Shown here: positions 33,211 through 43,270 of the stretch, piece by piece | Numbering within the stretch: position 1 is the first letter of the stretch | Layout of the letters: each line of letters starts with the position of its first letter | Assembly (NCBI GenBank): GCA_022448455.1 | Contig: JAKUUR010000002.1 | Location: forward strand, 10,241 to 74,240 | Source of the DNA: Candidatus Thioglobus autotrophicus | GTDB taxonomy: Bacteria; Pseudomonadota; Gammaproteobacteria; PS1; Pseudothioglobaceae | Direction: 5' to 3' | Length of the DNA stretch: 64,000 bases | Notes under the pieces: model-generated | What the model was told of the DNA's origin: nothing | Database searches by the model: none | What the model saw: the letters and a program-made list of their open reading frames with translations, nothing else | Translations under genes and position numbers: made by a program

Positions 33211-33660
33211 ATGAATAACTTCACACCAATTAGTGCCTTAGCAGGCGGAATAATGATAGGACTGTCAGTAGTGCTTTATTTCTACACTACAGGTAGACTG
33301 GCAGGAGTCAGTGGTATAGTCGAAAACGCTATAACTAAAAAAGCCAATAGATTATCTAATATCTTTTTCCTATTAGGACTAGTACTAGGGCCGTTACTGT
33401 ATGGCATCACTAAAGAACCTATAGCTATTGCATTTACCCTACCTGATCATTCCTTTGCTATAACTGACTCATACCCATTAATCATTATAGGTGGACTTTT
33501 AGTAGGTCTTGGAACACGACTTGGTGGTGGCTGTACATCTGGTCATGGTATATGCGGCATTGGCAGACTATCGAGTAGCTCTATAATAGCTACAGTAGTC
33601 TTTGTTGGCGTTGGAATGCTTACAGTTACAATTCTTCAACAATCTGGGATTTACTTATGA
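33211..33660 (+). CDS. YeeE/YedE family half-transporter (PmpA/B-like; sulfur compound transport)
   Basis: GRLAGVSGI and GGLLVGLGTRLGGGCTSGHGICG motifs. Confidence 0.88.
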   Translation: MNNFTPISALAGGIMIGLSVVLYFYTTGRLAGVSGIVENAITKKANRLSNIFFLLGLVLGPLLYGITKEPIAIAFTLPDHSFAITDSYPLIIIGGLLVGLGTRLGGGCTSGHGICGIGRLSSSSIIATVVFVGVGMLTVTILQQSGIYL

Positions 33661-34121
33661 ATGATAAAGTAATCTCATTATTATGCGGAGTTATATTTGG
33701 CTTAGGACTCGTTGTATCAGGCATGACAAACCCATCAAAGGTAATCGGCTTTTTAAGTATTACACATAACTGGGACGCTTCTTTAATATTTGTTATGGGC
33801 GGCGCTATATTAATTTTCGCACCATTCTTTTACTTCTTAAAGAATAGAGAAGCGTCAGCACTAGGTTTTGAGATTGAATTACCTTCTAAGCAAGAGGTAG
33901 ATAGAAGATTAGTAATCGGTTCGGCTTTGTTTGGAGTGGGTTGGGGTCTTGTAGGATTATGTCCCGGTCCGTCAATATCCGCCTTAACCAGTCCGGGAAT
34001 ATCTGGCTTAGCTGTCTTCGATCCTATTGTAATAATATTTTTATTATCTATGGCAATAGGTATAGTAGTTAATAAAAACTTACTGCAGAAAACAATTCAG
34101 AATAAAAAATTAAATGTATGA
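33657..34121 (+). CDS. YeeE/YedE family half-transporter (DUF6691-type partner)
   Basis: FGLGLVVSGM.NPSKVIGFL...WDASL.FVM and LFGVGWGLVGLCPGP motifs. Confidence 0.86.
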   Translation: MNDKVISLLCGVIFGLGLVVSGMTNPSKVIGFLSITHNWDASLIFVMGGAILIFAPFFYFLKNREASALGFEIELPSKQEVDRRLVIGSALFGVGWGLVGLCPGPSISALTSPGISGLAVFDPIVIIFLLSMAIGIVVNKNLLQKTIQNKKLNV

Positions 34122-34136
34122 TTTTTCGGAGGCTGT

Positions 34137-34361
34137 ATGCCACATAAAACTTTAGATATGTGTGGGTATAACTGTCCTATGCCTATTTTAAAAACAAAGC
34201 AGGCACTTGCAAAAATGGACATTAAAGAGACGATTAAAGTGATATGTACCGACAAAGGCTCAAAAAAAGATTTTGTTGCTTTTTGTAATCAGTTGGGACA
34301 TACATTAATCTCTCAAGAAGATGAAGGTGACAAGTTCATTTTTTATATCGAAAAAAACTAA
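34137..34361 (+). CDS. tusA: TusA-family sulfurtransferase
   Basis: LDMCGYNCPMPILKTK (CPxP persulfide site); 74 aa. Confidence 0.9.
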   Translation: MPHKTLDMCGYNCPMPILKTKQALAKMDIKETIKVICTDKGSKKDFVAFCNQLGHTLISQEDEGDKFIFYIEKN

Positions 34362-34375
34362 CAAACTGGAGATTT

Positions 34376-34891
34376 ATGTCTGAATCTAATGAAATGACAC
34401 TTATTGCCTCTAAGGGCACACTTGACTGGGCCTATCCTCCACTAATTCTGGCCTCTACTGGTATTGCAATGGGAAAAGAGGTGTCTGTCTTTTGTACTTT
34501 TTATGGTTTAAATCTTTTACTTAAAGACTTATCACATCTTCGAATATCGCCTCAAGGAAATCCAGATATGCCTATGAAAATGCCGTTTGGACCTAAGTGG
34601 TTTCAAGGAATTAATTTTGGACCAAAAATTCCTAACATTATGTGGAACATTCCTGGTTTAGAGTTATTTGCAACCGCAATGATGAAAAAAACCATGAAGA
34701 ATAACGGCATCGCTACCATTGAGGAGTTGAGAGAGATTTGCATCGAAATGGGTGTTAAATTCATCGCCTGCGAGATGACAATTGGCATGTTCGGATTTGC
34801 AAGAGAGGACTTTATTGAGGGTATAGAATTTGCCGGTGCTGCCACCTATCTTGATGTCGCTCATACCTCCAATCAGGACTTATTTATTTAG
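34376..34891 (+). CDS. DsrE/DsrF-like (DsrE2-type) sulfur-trafficking protein
   Basis: SKGTLDWAYPPLILAST, FCTFYGL, G.A..EELRE.C...GVKFIACEMT, GAATYL motifs. Confidence 0.85.
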   Translation: MSESNEMTLIASKGTLDWAYPPLILASTGIAMGKEVSVFCTFYGLNLLLKDLSHLRISPQGNPDMPMKMPFGPKWFQGINFGPKIPNIMWNIPGLELFATAMMKKTMKNNGIATIEELREICIEMGVKFIACEMTIGMFGFAREDFIEGIEFAGAATYLDVAHTSNQDLFI

Positions 34892-34892
34892 G

Positions 34893-35546
34893 CTACCTCC
34901 AGTTCAAAATATCCCAACCTTTCTTTTGGGCAATTTTTGTTAATATTTTGTCGGCATTAACAGCCACCGGATTGTCGACCAACCCTAGAAGTGGAAGGTC
35001 GTTGTGGGAATCAGAATAAAAGGTTGATCCAGTTAATGACTCTCCATTTTTTTGAAGCCAGGGCAGCAGTTTATCAATTTTCCCCGCTTGAAAACACGGT
35101 ATACCTGACACTTTTCCTGTATAACGACCCGCTTTAATTTCAGGCTCAGTAGCAAGCAATTGATTAATCCCATATTTTTTGGCGATCGGTGCCGTAACAA
35201 AACTATTTGTCGCGGTAATGACAAGAACTGTGTCGCCCCTTTCTTTATGTCGATCAATACAATTTTGAGCTTTATCTAACATAATAGGCTCAATTTTTTG
35301 AATCATAAATTGATGATGAAATGCTTCTAATTCTGTCATAGAATAACGAGAAAGTGGTTCTAAACTTAACTCTAACCAAGCATAAATGTCCAATACCCCT
35401 AAATCGTATTGCTGGTAAAAATATTCATTCTTTTCACGATACGCATTGGCGTCAACTACACCTTCTTCACCTAATAATTCACCCCACAAGAAGTCACTAT
35501 CCCCACCAATTAGAGTGTTATCTAAATCAAATATAGCTAAAGACAT
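34893..35546 (-). CDS. HAD-IB family hydrolase (SerB-like/histidinol-phosphatase-like)
   Basis: IFDLDNTL motif I, ITAT motif II, GK motif III, FYSDSHNDLPLL motif IV. Confidence 0.9.
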   Translation of the reverse strand: MSLAIFDLDNTLIGGDSDFLWGELLGEEGVVDANAYREKNEYFYQQYDLGVLDIYAWLELSLEPLSRYSMTELEAFHHQFMIQKIEPIMLDKAQNCIDRHKERGDTVLVITATNSFVTAPIAKKYGINQLLATEPEIKAGRYTGKVSGIPCFQAGKIDKLLPWLQKNGESLTGSTFYSDSHNDLPLLGLVDNPVAVNADKILTKIAQKKGWDILNWR

Positions 35547-36139
35547 CAACTCTCCTTCACAATACTAACAATCTCATCGATTGAATCAACCACGTTGATC
35601 AACTCCAAGTGTTCTCTATTCACATAGGCCATATCAACTAATTGCTCAAACCATAATAGCAAAGGTTTCCAAAAACTTGAACCATATAAAATTAATGGTA
35701 TCGGTTTCATTTTCTGGGTCTGCAGTAAAGTTAATACTTCCATCAATTCATCAGCTGTCCCATAGCCACCAGGAAAACAAACACAAGCGCTGGCATTCTT
35801 AACCAGCATCACTTTGCGCGAAAAAAAATACTCAAAGGTTATGACTTCATCCAGATAAGGATTAATATATTGCTCTTGAGGTAAATCAATATTAAGGCCA
35901 ATGCTTTTAGATTTTCCTTCATAAGCACCCTTATTAGTAGCCTTCATGATGCCTGGACCAGCTCCAGTAAAAACATTATAACCAGCATCCGACAATCTCT
36001 TTCCCAGCTCATAAGCTTGTTGATATAAAGGGTCTGTATCCTTTACTCTTGCCGAGCCAAACACTGTAATATTGTTATGATAAGAGGCGAGGCGCCCTTT
36101 TGCAGCCAATAACTCAGGACCCGCATTAACTAAACTCAT
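35546..36139 (-). CDS. LOG family nucleotide phosphoribohydrolase (TIGR00730-like)
   Basis: [32 protein letters not shown] motifs. Confidence 0.9.
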   Translation of the reverse strand: MSLVNAGPELLAAKGRLASYHNNITVFGSARVKDTDPLYQQAYELGKRLSDAGYNVFTGAGPGIMKATNKGAYEGKSKSIGLNIDLPQEQYINPYLDEVITFEYFFSRKVMLVKNASACVCFPGGYGTADELMEVLTLLQTQKMKPIPLILYGSSFWKPLLLWFEQLVDMAYVNREHLELINVVDSIDEIVSIVKES

Positions 36140-37419
36140 AACTCAGAAAAAGCAGTTAGTGCAGCATTGATCGTTTGATCAAGCTCATTTTTACCATGTG
36201 CAGCTGAAAGAAAACCACACTCATAAGCTGAAGGTGCAAGATAAACTCCCTGCTTTATCATTGATTTATAAAACTTCTTGAATAACTCAATATCACAATT
36301 AGAAACTTGAGAAAAATTAGTTACTTTTTCTTCGGAACTAAAGAATAACCCGAACATCCCACCAACGTTATTACTTGTCATTGAGACATTGCTCGTACTA
36401 GCAGCAGACACAATACCATTGACCAAATACTCTGTGCTGTCGCTTAAGTTTTGATAAAACGAATCATCTGCCTCTAAAATACTAAGCATCGCAAGACCCG
36501 AAGCCATGGACAATGGATTACCCGAAAGTGTTCCTGCCTGATAGATAGGACCAAGAGGTGCTATTTGGTTCATGATTTCTCGCTGACCACCAAAAGCTGC
36601 AACAGGCAAACCACCACCGATCACTTTGCCTAAGGTTGTAAGGTCAGGTTTAACTTGGTAGTAGGCCTGTGCACCACCTAACGCAACACGAAAGCCTGTC
36701 ATCACTTCATCGAAGATAAGTACACTACCATAATCATCACAAAGCTTACGCAGACCCTGAAGAAATCCTTCTTTAGGGAGTATACAATTCATATTGCCTG
36801 CCACTGGCTCAACAATAATACATCCAACCTCCTCACCCATCTTGGAAAACAGTGCTTTGACAGAATCCAAATTGTTGTATTCAAGCGTTAAAGTGTGTTT
36901 TGCCAAATCACTTGGGACACCTGGGGAGGTAGGCACACCTAAAGTGAGCGCACCTGAACCAGCTTTAACCAATAAAGAATCAGAATGGCCATGGTAACAA
37001 CCTTCAAACTTTACAATTTTGTCTCGTTTTGTATAGCCGCGAGCCAACCGGATAGCGCTCATGGTTGCCTCGGTACCTGAGCTAACCATACGAACCAGTT
37101 CGATAGAAGGCATCAGCTGACAGATTTTTTTTGCAAGCGATGTCTCAATCTCAGTAGGTGCACCAAAACCTAAACCTTTATCCAATTCAGCCCTAACGGC
37201 ATCAACAATAAATGGATTCGAATGTCCCAAAATCATTGGTCCCCAAGAACCAACGTAATCAATATATGCATTTCCATCTACGTCATAAAGATAGGCTCCT
37301 TCACCTCGTTCAAAATAGATAGGCTCTCCCCCAACCCCTTGAAAGGCACGAACTGGGGAATTAACGCCTCCAGGAATATAATTTTTGGCTTCATTGAATA
37401 AAGTCGACGATCGTTCCAT
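36136..37419 (-). CDS. hemL: Glutamate-1-semialdehyde 2,1-aminomutase
   Basis: [51 protein letters not shown] motifs. Confidence 0.97.
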   Translation of the reverse strand: MERSSTLFNEAKNYIPGGVNSPVRAFQGVGGEPIYFERGEGAYLYDVDGNAYIDYVGSWGPMILGHSNPFIVDAVRAELDKGLGFGAPTEIETSLAKKICQLMPSIELVRMVSSGTEATMSAIRLARGYTKRDKIVKFEGCYHGHSDSLLVKAGSGALTLGVPTSPGVPSDLAKHTLTLEYNNLDSVKALFSKMGEEVGCIIVEPVAGNMNCILPKEGFLQGLRKLCDDYGSVLIFDEVMTGFRVALGGAQAYYQVKPDLTTLGKVIGGGLPVAAFGGQREIMNQIAPLGPIYQAGTLSGNPLSMASGLAMLSILEADDSFYQNLSDSTEYLVNGIVSAASTSNVSMTSNNVGGMFGLFFSSEEKVTNFSQVSNCDIELFKKFYKSMIKQGVYLAPSAYECGFLSAAHGKNELDQTINAALTAFSEL

Positions 37420-38459
37420 TAAATGTCCTGTGAATTAATAATAATTGGATACTGTTTTAAGTGGGTAATATGAGACCAAACAATGAGGATATTATCCAAT
37501 AATAATTTCATATTTACGGTCGTTTGTGACATTGAAATAGCACGACTAATATCATCCAATAATTTAAATAAATAGTTAGTAGGTGTCTTCGTGATAATTC
37601 TATTAAGTTCTAGTTGAGCGCCCTCATGTTTAATTGCTTTTAATCTTATGCCTTCCGTGACTAGTTGCTGCAAACAGTTCAAAACTTGTAATTCGTTACC
37701 ATTAAATATTTCAGTTTCAGTGGCCTTTGATGGATTGAGTGCTATCTCTAATAAAAGATCTTGCCAATTTTGATACTGAAAAAAATAATCCCCTTGAAGA
37801 TCTTCAACTGCCTTAAATGGAACGCCATGGGCACTCTCTAATAATTGAACCGCATCAAAATCATCTCGATTAGCTTCATCAATATGTTGCGATAACCATT
37901 TCACACTTTCTTTACTATATGTTGGACTAATATGAACGGCCTGACAACGAGAAAGTATTGTAGCTGGAAGTGCATTTGAATTGTGTGCCAATAGAATAAT
38001 AAGAGTATTGTCACGTGGCTCTTCTAAAGTTTTTAGCAGGCTATTGGCTGCATTTATATTCATTTGATCAGCATAGAAAATCATCCCAATCTGGAGCTCT
38101 TCTGCTGTCTTCCCTAAAGACTCACAGAACGCACGCACTTGATCAACTCTAATCTCTTTAGACAACGCGCCTGACTCATTTAACTCAGAACAACAATAAA
38201 TTAAATTTGGATAATGTGATCGTCGAATTAACGTACTATAATCCAACAACTCTCTTGGATTGTCTTTTTTTAAAGCTCGACAATAGCTACATTCTCCGCA
38301 AGAATCCTCCTTACAAAGGAGGGTTTGAATGAGTTGCTCTGCAAGTTCAAATTTACCGATTTTTTCAACACCAGTAATTAATAGTGCATGCGGAAGATGA
38401 TTTTGATCAATCATTTTTCTGAGCTCTGAAAAAGCACTTTGATGCCAAGGCAAAATCAT
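37419..38459 (-). CDS. holB: DNA polymerase III subunit delta'
   Basis: [15 protein letters not shown] zinc site, [19 protein letters not shown]; follows tmk. Confidence 0.92.
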   Translation of the reverse strand: MILPWHQSAFSELRKMIDQNHLPHALLITGVEKIGKFELAEQLIQTLLCKEDSCGECSYCRALKKDNPRELLDYSTLIRRSHYPNLIYCCSELNESGALSKEIRVDQVRAFCESLGKTAEELQIGMIFYADQMNINAANSLLKTLEEPRDNTLIILLAHNSNALPATILSRCQAVHISPTYSKESVKWLSQHIDEANRDDFDAVQLLESAHGVPFKAVEDLQGDYFFQYQNWQDLLLEIALNPSKATETEIFNGNELQVLNCLQQLVTEGIRLKAIKHEGAQLELNRIITKTPTNYLFKLLDDISRAISMSQTTVNMKLLLDNILIVWSHITHLKQYPIIINSQDI

Positions 38460-39073
38460 AGAGCCTCTATGAATAATTGAATTTGTTGCTGGACTTGTTC
38501 AATTGACTGAGACGCGTCAATTAATTTAATCCGCTCAGGATAGAGCTTCGACCTATCAATAAACACAGATCTAACACGCTCAAAAAATTCACGCTCCTCT
38601 TTTTCAATTCGATCTTTTGATTTTCGAGATTCAATTCTAGTCATGCCAATATCAACACCTACATCCAACAACAACGTCAAATCCGCTTGAAATTTACCCT
38701 GAACCCAAGATTCAAGCTCAGAAATACGATCTAAATTGAGAAGTCTTCCACCACCTTGGTAGGCGAATGATGCATCTGTAAAGCGGTCACTAACGACCCA
38801 TTTACCCTCAGCTAATGCAGGCTTGATTTTGTTTTGTATGAGTTCATTGCGCGCACTAAACATTAATAATAACTCTGTATCGCTGTGCATTCCCTCGTTA
38901 TCAAGGCCCAACAATAGAGACCGTATTTTTTCCCCTAAATCAGTTCCACCAGGTTCACGAGTTTTTACAACATCAATGCCTTTTCGATGCAAATAGTCAC
39001 AAATAAAAGCAATTTGAGTACTTTTACCGGCACCTTCGACACCGTCTATGGTAATAAATTTTCCTTTTTTCAT
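38456..39073 (-). CDS. tmk: Thymidylate kinase
   Basis: FITIDGVEGAGKSTQ, TREPGGT, SDRFTDASFAYQG motifs. Confidence 0.97.
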   Translation of the reverse strand: MKKGKFITIDGVEGAGKSTQIAFICDYLHRKGIDVVKTREPGGTDLGEKIRSLLLGLDNEGMHSDTELLLMFSARNELIQNKIKPALAEGKWVVSDRFTDASFAYQGGGRLLNLDRISELESWVQGKFQADLTLLLDVGVDIGMTRIESRKSKDRIEKEEREFFERVRSVFIDRSKLYPERIKLIDASQSIEQVQQQIQLFIEAL

Positions 39074-39088
39074 AACGTTAATTTTAGA

Positions 39089-40072
39089 CTAGATATTATT
39101 TGAATACCTCTTGATGTTATCTTTATGTTCTTCATAATTTGATGCAAATGCATGGCTGCCATCCTTTTTTGAAACAAAGTATAAGTCATTACCTACATTT
39201 GGATGAAATGCCGCATACAAAGATTCATAGCCAATTGAAGAAATTGCACCTGGTGGCAAGCCATCATATTTGTAGGTGTTATATAAACTGTCGACTTTTA
39301 AATCACTTTTCTTGAGTGGTGCTTGGTAAGCATCACCTAAGGCATAAATAACTGTTGGATCACTTTGAAGACGCATCCCTTGCTCTAATCTGTGGATAAA
39401 AACGCCGGAAATTAAAGACTTTTCTTGGTCAAGCGCTGTCTCTTTCTCAATCAGAGAAGCTAAAATTATTGCCTCGTAGGGAGATTTATAAGGAAGATTA
39501 TTAACTCTATCGTCCCATAATTCACTAACCTTACCTTGCATCACTTGAAACGACCTCGCTAACACATTTCTGACACTTTCACCATAGTTAAACTGATAAG
39601 TTTCAGGATAAAACCAACCATCATGAGGCGCCTTAATGCCAAGCGATTGCATAATTTCTTCAAGTGTATCTTCTGATCTCAGACTTGGATCTGAGCTCAA
39701 CTGCTCAAAGTAATGATTGAGTGTCTTTCCCTCTACAAGTGTTACCTTCGTAGTGACTACATTGCCACTTGAAATATTCTTAATAAAAGTCATAACATCC
39801 ATATTTGGATCAATTTGATAATAGCCTGATTGAAGTTTTTTATTGGCCCCTAGAAGCTTGCTCAATGAATTAAAAAATAGTTCAGAATTAATCCATTTTT
39901 TATCACCCAAATCTTTAGCAACAGTACCTATGGATGCACCATGATTGACCTGATAGATTTGCTTTTCTTTGACGAGCATATCCTTTGATGTCCAGATCCA
40001 AATACTAATCACTAAGAGAATGACCAAAGCCAATAATCTTGAATAAGTTTTATTTATTGTTGCTAAATGCAT
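39089..40072 (-). CDS. mltG: Endolytic transglycosylase MltG
   Basis: GWFYPETY, ILASLIEKET, MRLQSDPTVIY, YNTYKYDGLPPG motifs; pabC-mltG-tmk-holB order. Confidence 0.95.
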   Translation of the reverse strand: MHLATINKTYSRLLALVILLVISIWIWTSKDMLVKEKQIYQVNHGASIGTVAKDLGDKKWINSELFFNSLSKLLGANKKLQSGYYQIDPNMDVMTFIKNISSGNVVTTKVTLVEGKTLNHYFEQLSSDPSLRSEDTLEEIMQSLGIKAPHDGWFYPETYQFNYGESVRNVLARSFQVMQGKVSELWDDRVNNLPYKSPYEAIILASLIEKETALDQEKSLISGVFIHRLEQGMRLQSDPTVIYALGDAYQAPLKKSDLKVDSLYNTYKYDGLPPGAISSIGYESLYAAFHPNVGNDLYFVSKKDGSHAFASNYEEHKDNIKRYSNNI

Positions 40073-40896
40073 TGCCAAGAATTACTGTCTTCCCTTTTTT
40101 CCTCAAAGGCATCTTTAATTTTCTTTGTTATTGGACTTTCACCAAAACTAATATCACCTATCTGGCTGATGGACTGAATTCCTATAATACTATTAGAGAT
40201 AAAAACTTCATCAGCTTGGCCTAATTCTTTCACAGAAAGAGTGTCAACTTTTACCTTAATGCCTAGAGGTTTAACCAAATCCAAAATAACAGCTCGTCGA
40301 GTGCCTTCCACGCCACATTTGTCCAATTTAGGAGTAATCAGTGTATTACCATGAATTGCATAAATATTACCTTGAGTTACTGATATAACGTTATTATTTT
40401 CATCCAACATAATGCCTTCGTCACTTTTTATGCCTGCTCGAGCCAATACTTGCTCTAATCGATTGCAGTGCTTTATTCCTGCCAATTTGAGATTCGAATC
40501 ATAGCCACTTTGGCAATACTCTAGACAAAATGAATTATTAAGGGTGACTTTTTGCAATTCTGAGACAATAACAGCACGAACTGGCTTGATATCATCCTTA
40601 AAGCCATAACCTCTTAAGGATTCTCCACGAGATAGAATTAACTTAACAACACAGCGATCGTAACCGCACAAAAATAGCGCTTTTTTAACATCACTTAACC
40701 AAACCGACTCATTAACCTTGCTTATTTTTAGCTGTTCACAACCTCTATTTAGGCGAGCAAAATGATTTACCCAAAAAAGTATTTTTTTATTTTCAACTAC
40801 ACAAGTTTCGAACAATCCGTCGCCGAACTGTATGTTGCGATTAAAGATGCTAATCTTAGATTGCTGTGCACCATTAATTAAAACAATTGGGGTCAT
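40063..40896 (-). CDS. pabC: 4-amino-4-deoxychorismate lyase
   Basis: FGDGLFET, LAGIKHCNRLEQ, GVEGTRR, ADEVFISNS motifs. Confidence 0.93.
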   Translation of the reverse strand: MTPIVLINGAQQSKISIFNRNIQFGDGLFETCVVENKKILFWVNHFARLNRGCEQLKISKVNESVWLSDVKKALFLCGYDRCVVKLILSRGESLRGYGFKDDIKPVRAVIVSELQKVTLNNSFCLEYCQSGYDSNLKLAGIKHCNRLEQVLARAGIKSDEGIMLDENNNVISVTQGNIYAIHGNTLITPKLDKCGVEGTRRAVILDLVKPLGIKVKVDTLSVKELGQADEVFISNSIIGIQSISQIGDISFGESPITKKIKDAFEEKREDSNSWQCI

Positions 40897-41008
40897 ATCA
40901 TGAGAGAGTTAGTGGCTTACACAATCCATTATAAACAAAGTGTAAGAGAGCTTGGCACTACCTCTACAGGTTTATAATAGATGAAACAATTAAGAAAGTA
41001 AAACAGAC

Positions 41009-41743
41009 ATGGATGGTGTGCTTAGAAGGCTTGCGAATAACTTGCTTGAAAGCTGCAAAGACTTACTTCCAATTGTTTTAGTAGTCGCTTTTTTTCAAAT
41101 CATAGTACTTAAGCAAGCCATTCCTGAAATAGGCTCCATACTTTTAGGAACCTTGTCAATTCTTATTGGTTTGACTTTTTTTGTTTCTGGTCTTAGGTTG
41201 GGACTTTTCCCTATAGGAGAAAACCTTGCCCATTCTTTTGTAAACAAAGGTTCATTGTTTTGGTTACTATTGTTCGCTTTTGCACTCGGCTTTGGATCAT
41301 CCATAGCAGAACCTGCACTCATGGCTGTATCACAAGAAGCTGCAATTGTTGCTAGTATCGGTGGCATTATTGAAAACAATGAATTGGCTATCAATAAATA
41401 TTCACTTCAACTAAGGTTGACCGTTGCGCTTGCTGTTGGTTTCTCAGTCATGCTCGGTGTTGTAAGAATCTTAAAGGGCTGGCCCTTACACTGGTTGATT
41501 ATCCCAGGGTATTTTCTAGTGATGGCTATTACATTTGTCTCTCCTGACTGGATTGTTGGTGTTGCTTATGACTCTGGTGGAGTGACAACATCAACGGTTA
41601 CAGTGCCTTTGGTAACCGCTTTAGGTATTGGATTAGCGAGTAGCATTCGAGGTAGAAATCCGCTTACTGACGGATTTGGAATGATTGCAATCTGCGCACT
41701 CTCACCGATTATTGCAGTTCTAATTTTTGGGATAGTTTTATGA
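41009..41743 (+). CDS. DUF1538 family membrane protein (paralog 1)
   Basis: LFPIGE, AEPAL, AYDSGGVTTSTVTVPLVTALGIGLA, DGFGMIA motifs. Confidence 0.88.
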   Translation: MDGVLRRLANNLLESCKDLLPIVLVVAFFQIIVLKQAIPEIGSILLGTLSILIGLTFFVSGLRLGLFPIGENLAHSFVNKGSLFWLLLFAFALGFGSSIAEPALMAVSQEAAIVASIGGIIENNELAINKYSLQLRLTVALAVGFSVMLGVVRILKGWPLHWLIIPGYFLVMAITFVSPDWIVGVAYDSGGVTTSTVTVPLVTALGIGLASSIRGRNPLTDGFGMIAICALSPIIAVLIFGIVL

Positions 41744-42471
41744 TTATTCTTCAACCTTTCATTTCTATGTTTTGGGATATAGCTCCTATCATTGGAATGA
41801 TATTAATTTTTCAGCTATTTATTATCAAAGAAAAAATACCAAATCTAACTCAAACTTTATTTGGCATCTTTATGGTTTGGATAGGACTAACTTTATTTAT
41901 TGTCGGGCTAGAAAAAGCACTATTTCCAATAGGAAAAATGATGGCCATTCAATTAACTTCGCCAGATTTTCTTGGTAAAACCCAACTGAACTGGAATGAC
42001 TACTATTGGGTATATTTATTTGCAGCAAGCATGGGCTTCTCAGCAACCATTGCTGAGCCCTCTCTTTTGGCTATATCAATTAAAGCTAATGAGGTTTCAG
42101 GCAACTCAATCCGAGTTTGGCCTTTGAGAATTACAGTTGCCCTTGGTGTGGCGATTGGTATCGCACTTGGGAGTTATCGAATTGTTGTCGGTCTACCTCT
42201 TCATTACTTTATCATTGTTGGCTATGGGATAGTCATCGTACAAACTTTTTTCGCTCCGAAGCAAATTATCGCACTAGCTTATGACAGCGGCGGTGTCACA
42301 ACTTCAAGTGTTACTGTGCCTTTGGTAGCTGCTTTGGGACTTGGCCTAGCAAGCACAATAGAAGGTAGAAATCCACTCATTGACGGATTTGGGCTGATTG
42401 CCTTTGCAAGCCTATTTCCTATCATGGGAGTATTAGCTTATGCTCAAATTAAACATTTAATTAACAAATAA
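41740..42471 (+). CDS. DUF1538 family membrane protein (paralog 2)
   Basis: LFPIG, AEPSL, AYDSGGVTTSSVTVPLVAALGLGLA, DGFGLIAFASLFP motifs. Confidence 0.88.
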   Translation: MIILQPFISMFWDIAPIIGMILIFQLFIIKEKIPNLTQTLFGIFMVWIGLTLFIVGLEKALFPIGKMMAIQLTSPDFLGKTQLNWNDYYWVYLFAASMGFSATIAEPSLLAISIKANEVSGNSIRVWPLRITVALGVAIGIALGSYRIVVGLPLHYFIIVGYGIVIVQTFFAPKQIIALAYDSGGVTTSSVTVPLVAALGLGLASTIEGRNPLIDGFGLIAFASLFPIMGVLAYAQIKHLINK

Positions 42472-42481
42472 GGAGGATGTA

Positions 42482-42832
42482 ATGCACTTTAAATTAATAA
42501 TCGCTTTTGTTGATAGCGCTAAAACCGATAAAATTTTGTCTGCGGCACGCGAACATGGAGCTACAGGTTCAACTGTTATTTCTCAGGCAAGAGGTGAAGG
42601 TGTTCATGACAAGAAAACTTTTTTAGGATTGCATATTGAAACACAAAGAGATGTACTCTTTCTTTTAGTGGAGCAACATAATGCTCTAAATATTCTTGAA
42701 ACTGTTAACGAGGTAGGAGCCTTCGACAAAGAGTCACATGAAGGTATTGCCTTTCAAATTGATGTTGAAGATGCAGTTGGTGTTATGCATCAAATTGAAA
42801 TACTAAGTAAAAACATAGAGGAGGAAATATGA
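42482..42832 (+). CDS. PII-like signal transduction protein (non-canonical)
   Basis: KLIIAFV, GATGSTV..ARGEG, GIAFQIDVEDAVG; strong AGGAGG RBS upstream. Confidence 0.85.
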   Translation: MHFKLIIAFVDSAKTDKILSAAREHGATGSTVISQARGEGVHDKKTFLGLHIETQRDVLFLLVEQHNALNILETVNEVGAFDKESHEGIAFQIDVEDAVGVMHQIEILSKNIEEEI

Positions 42833-43233
42833 AAAATGAATTACTAGTAAAAGATGTAATGTGGAAGGATGTTGATATTGTAGATCGTAATCTGAGTGTT
42901 CAGGATGGCTTAGATACTATGCAGTACAAAAAAACAAAAATGCTAATAGTTGATAAGGCTCACGAAAACGATGAGTATGGTGTAGTTTTAATTGCCGATA
43001 TTGCAGCAAAGGTGATTGCTAAAAATAGATCTCTAGATCGAGTTAATGTTTATGAAATAATGAATAAACCTGCCATTTCGGTTCACTCGACAATGTATAT
43101 TCGTTACTGTGCTAGGCTGCTGACTCGTATGAATATATCACGTTGTCCAGTCATTGATGAAGGCAAATTGGTTGGAGTCGTTAGTCTTACAAGTATAGTA
43201 TTTAGGAATAATGAACTCAGAATGGAGAAATAA
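42829..43233 (+). CDS. Stand-alone tandem CBS-domain protein
   Basis: VKDVM...YGVV...DI and V.EIMNKP...PV..EGKLVGVVSLT CBS pair. Confidence 0.88.
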   Translation: MKNELLVKDVMWKDVDIVDRNLSVQDGLDTMQYKKTKMLIVDKAHENDEYGVVLIADIAAKVIAKNRSLDRVNVYEIMNKPAISVHSTMYIRYCARLLTRMNISRCPVIDEGKLVGVVSLTSIVFRNNELRMEK

Positions 43234-43270
43234 TTTGTAGCCACATTGTGAAATGTAGAAATCAATATTC

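Noticed and set aside
33211-34121. Apparently different codon usage (many ATA/CTA/ACT) in the YeeE/YedE genes, suggesting horizontal transfer
   Set aside because: An impression by eye only; hydrophobic composition could explain it and I cannot compute codon statistics.
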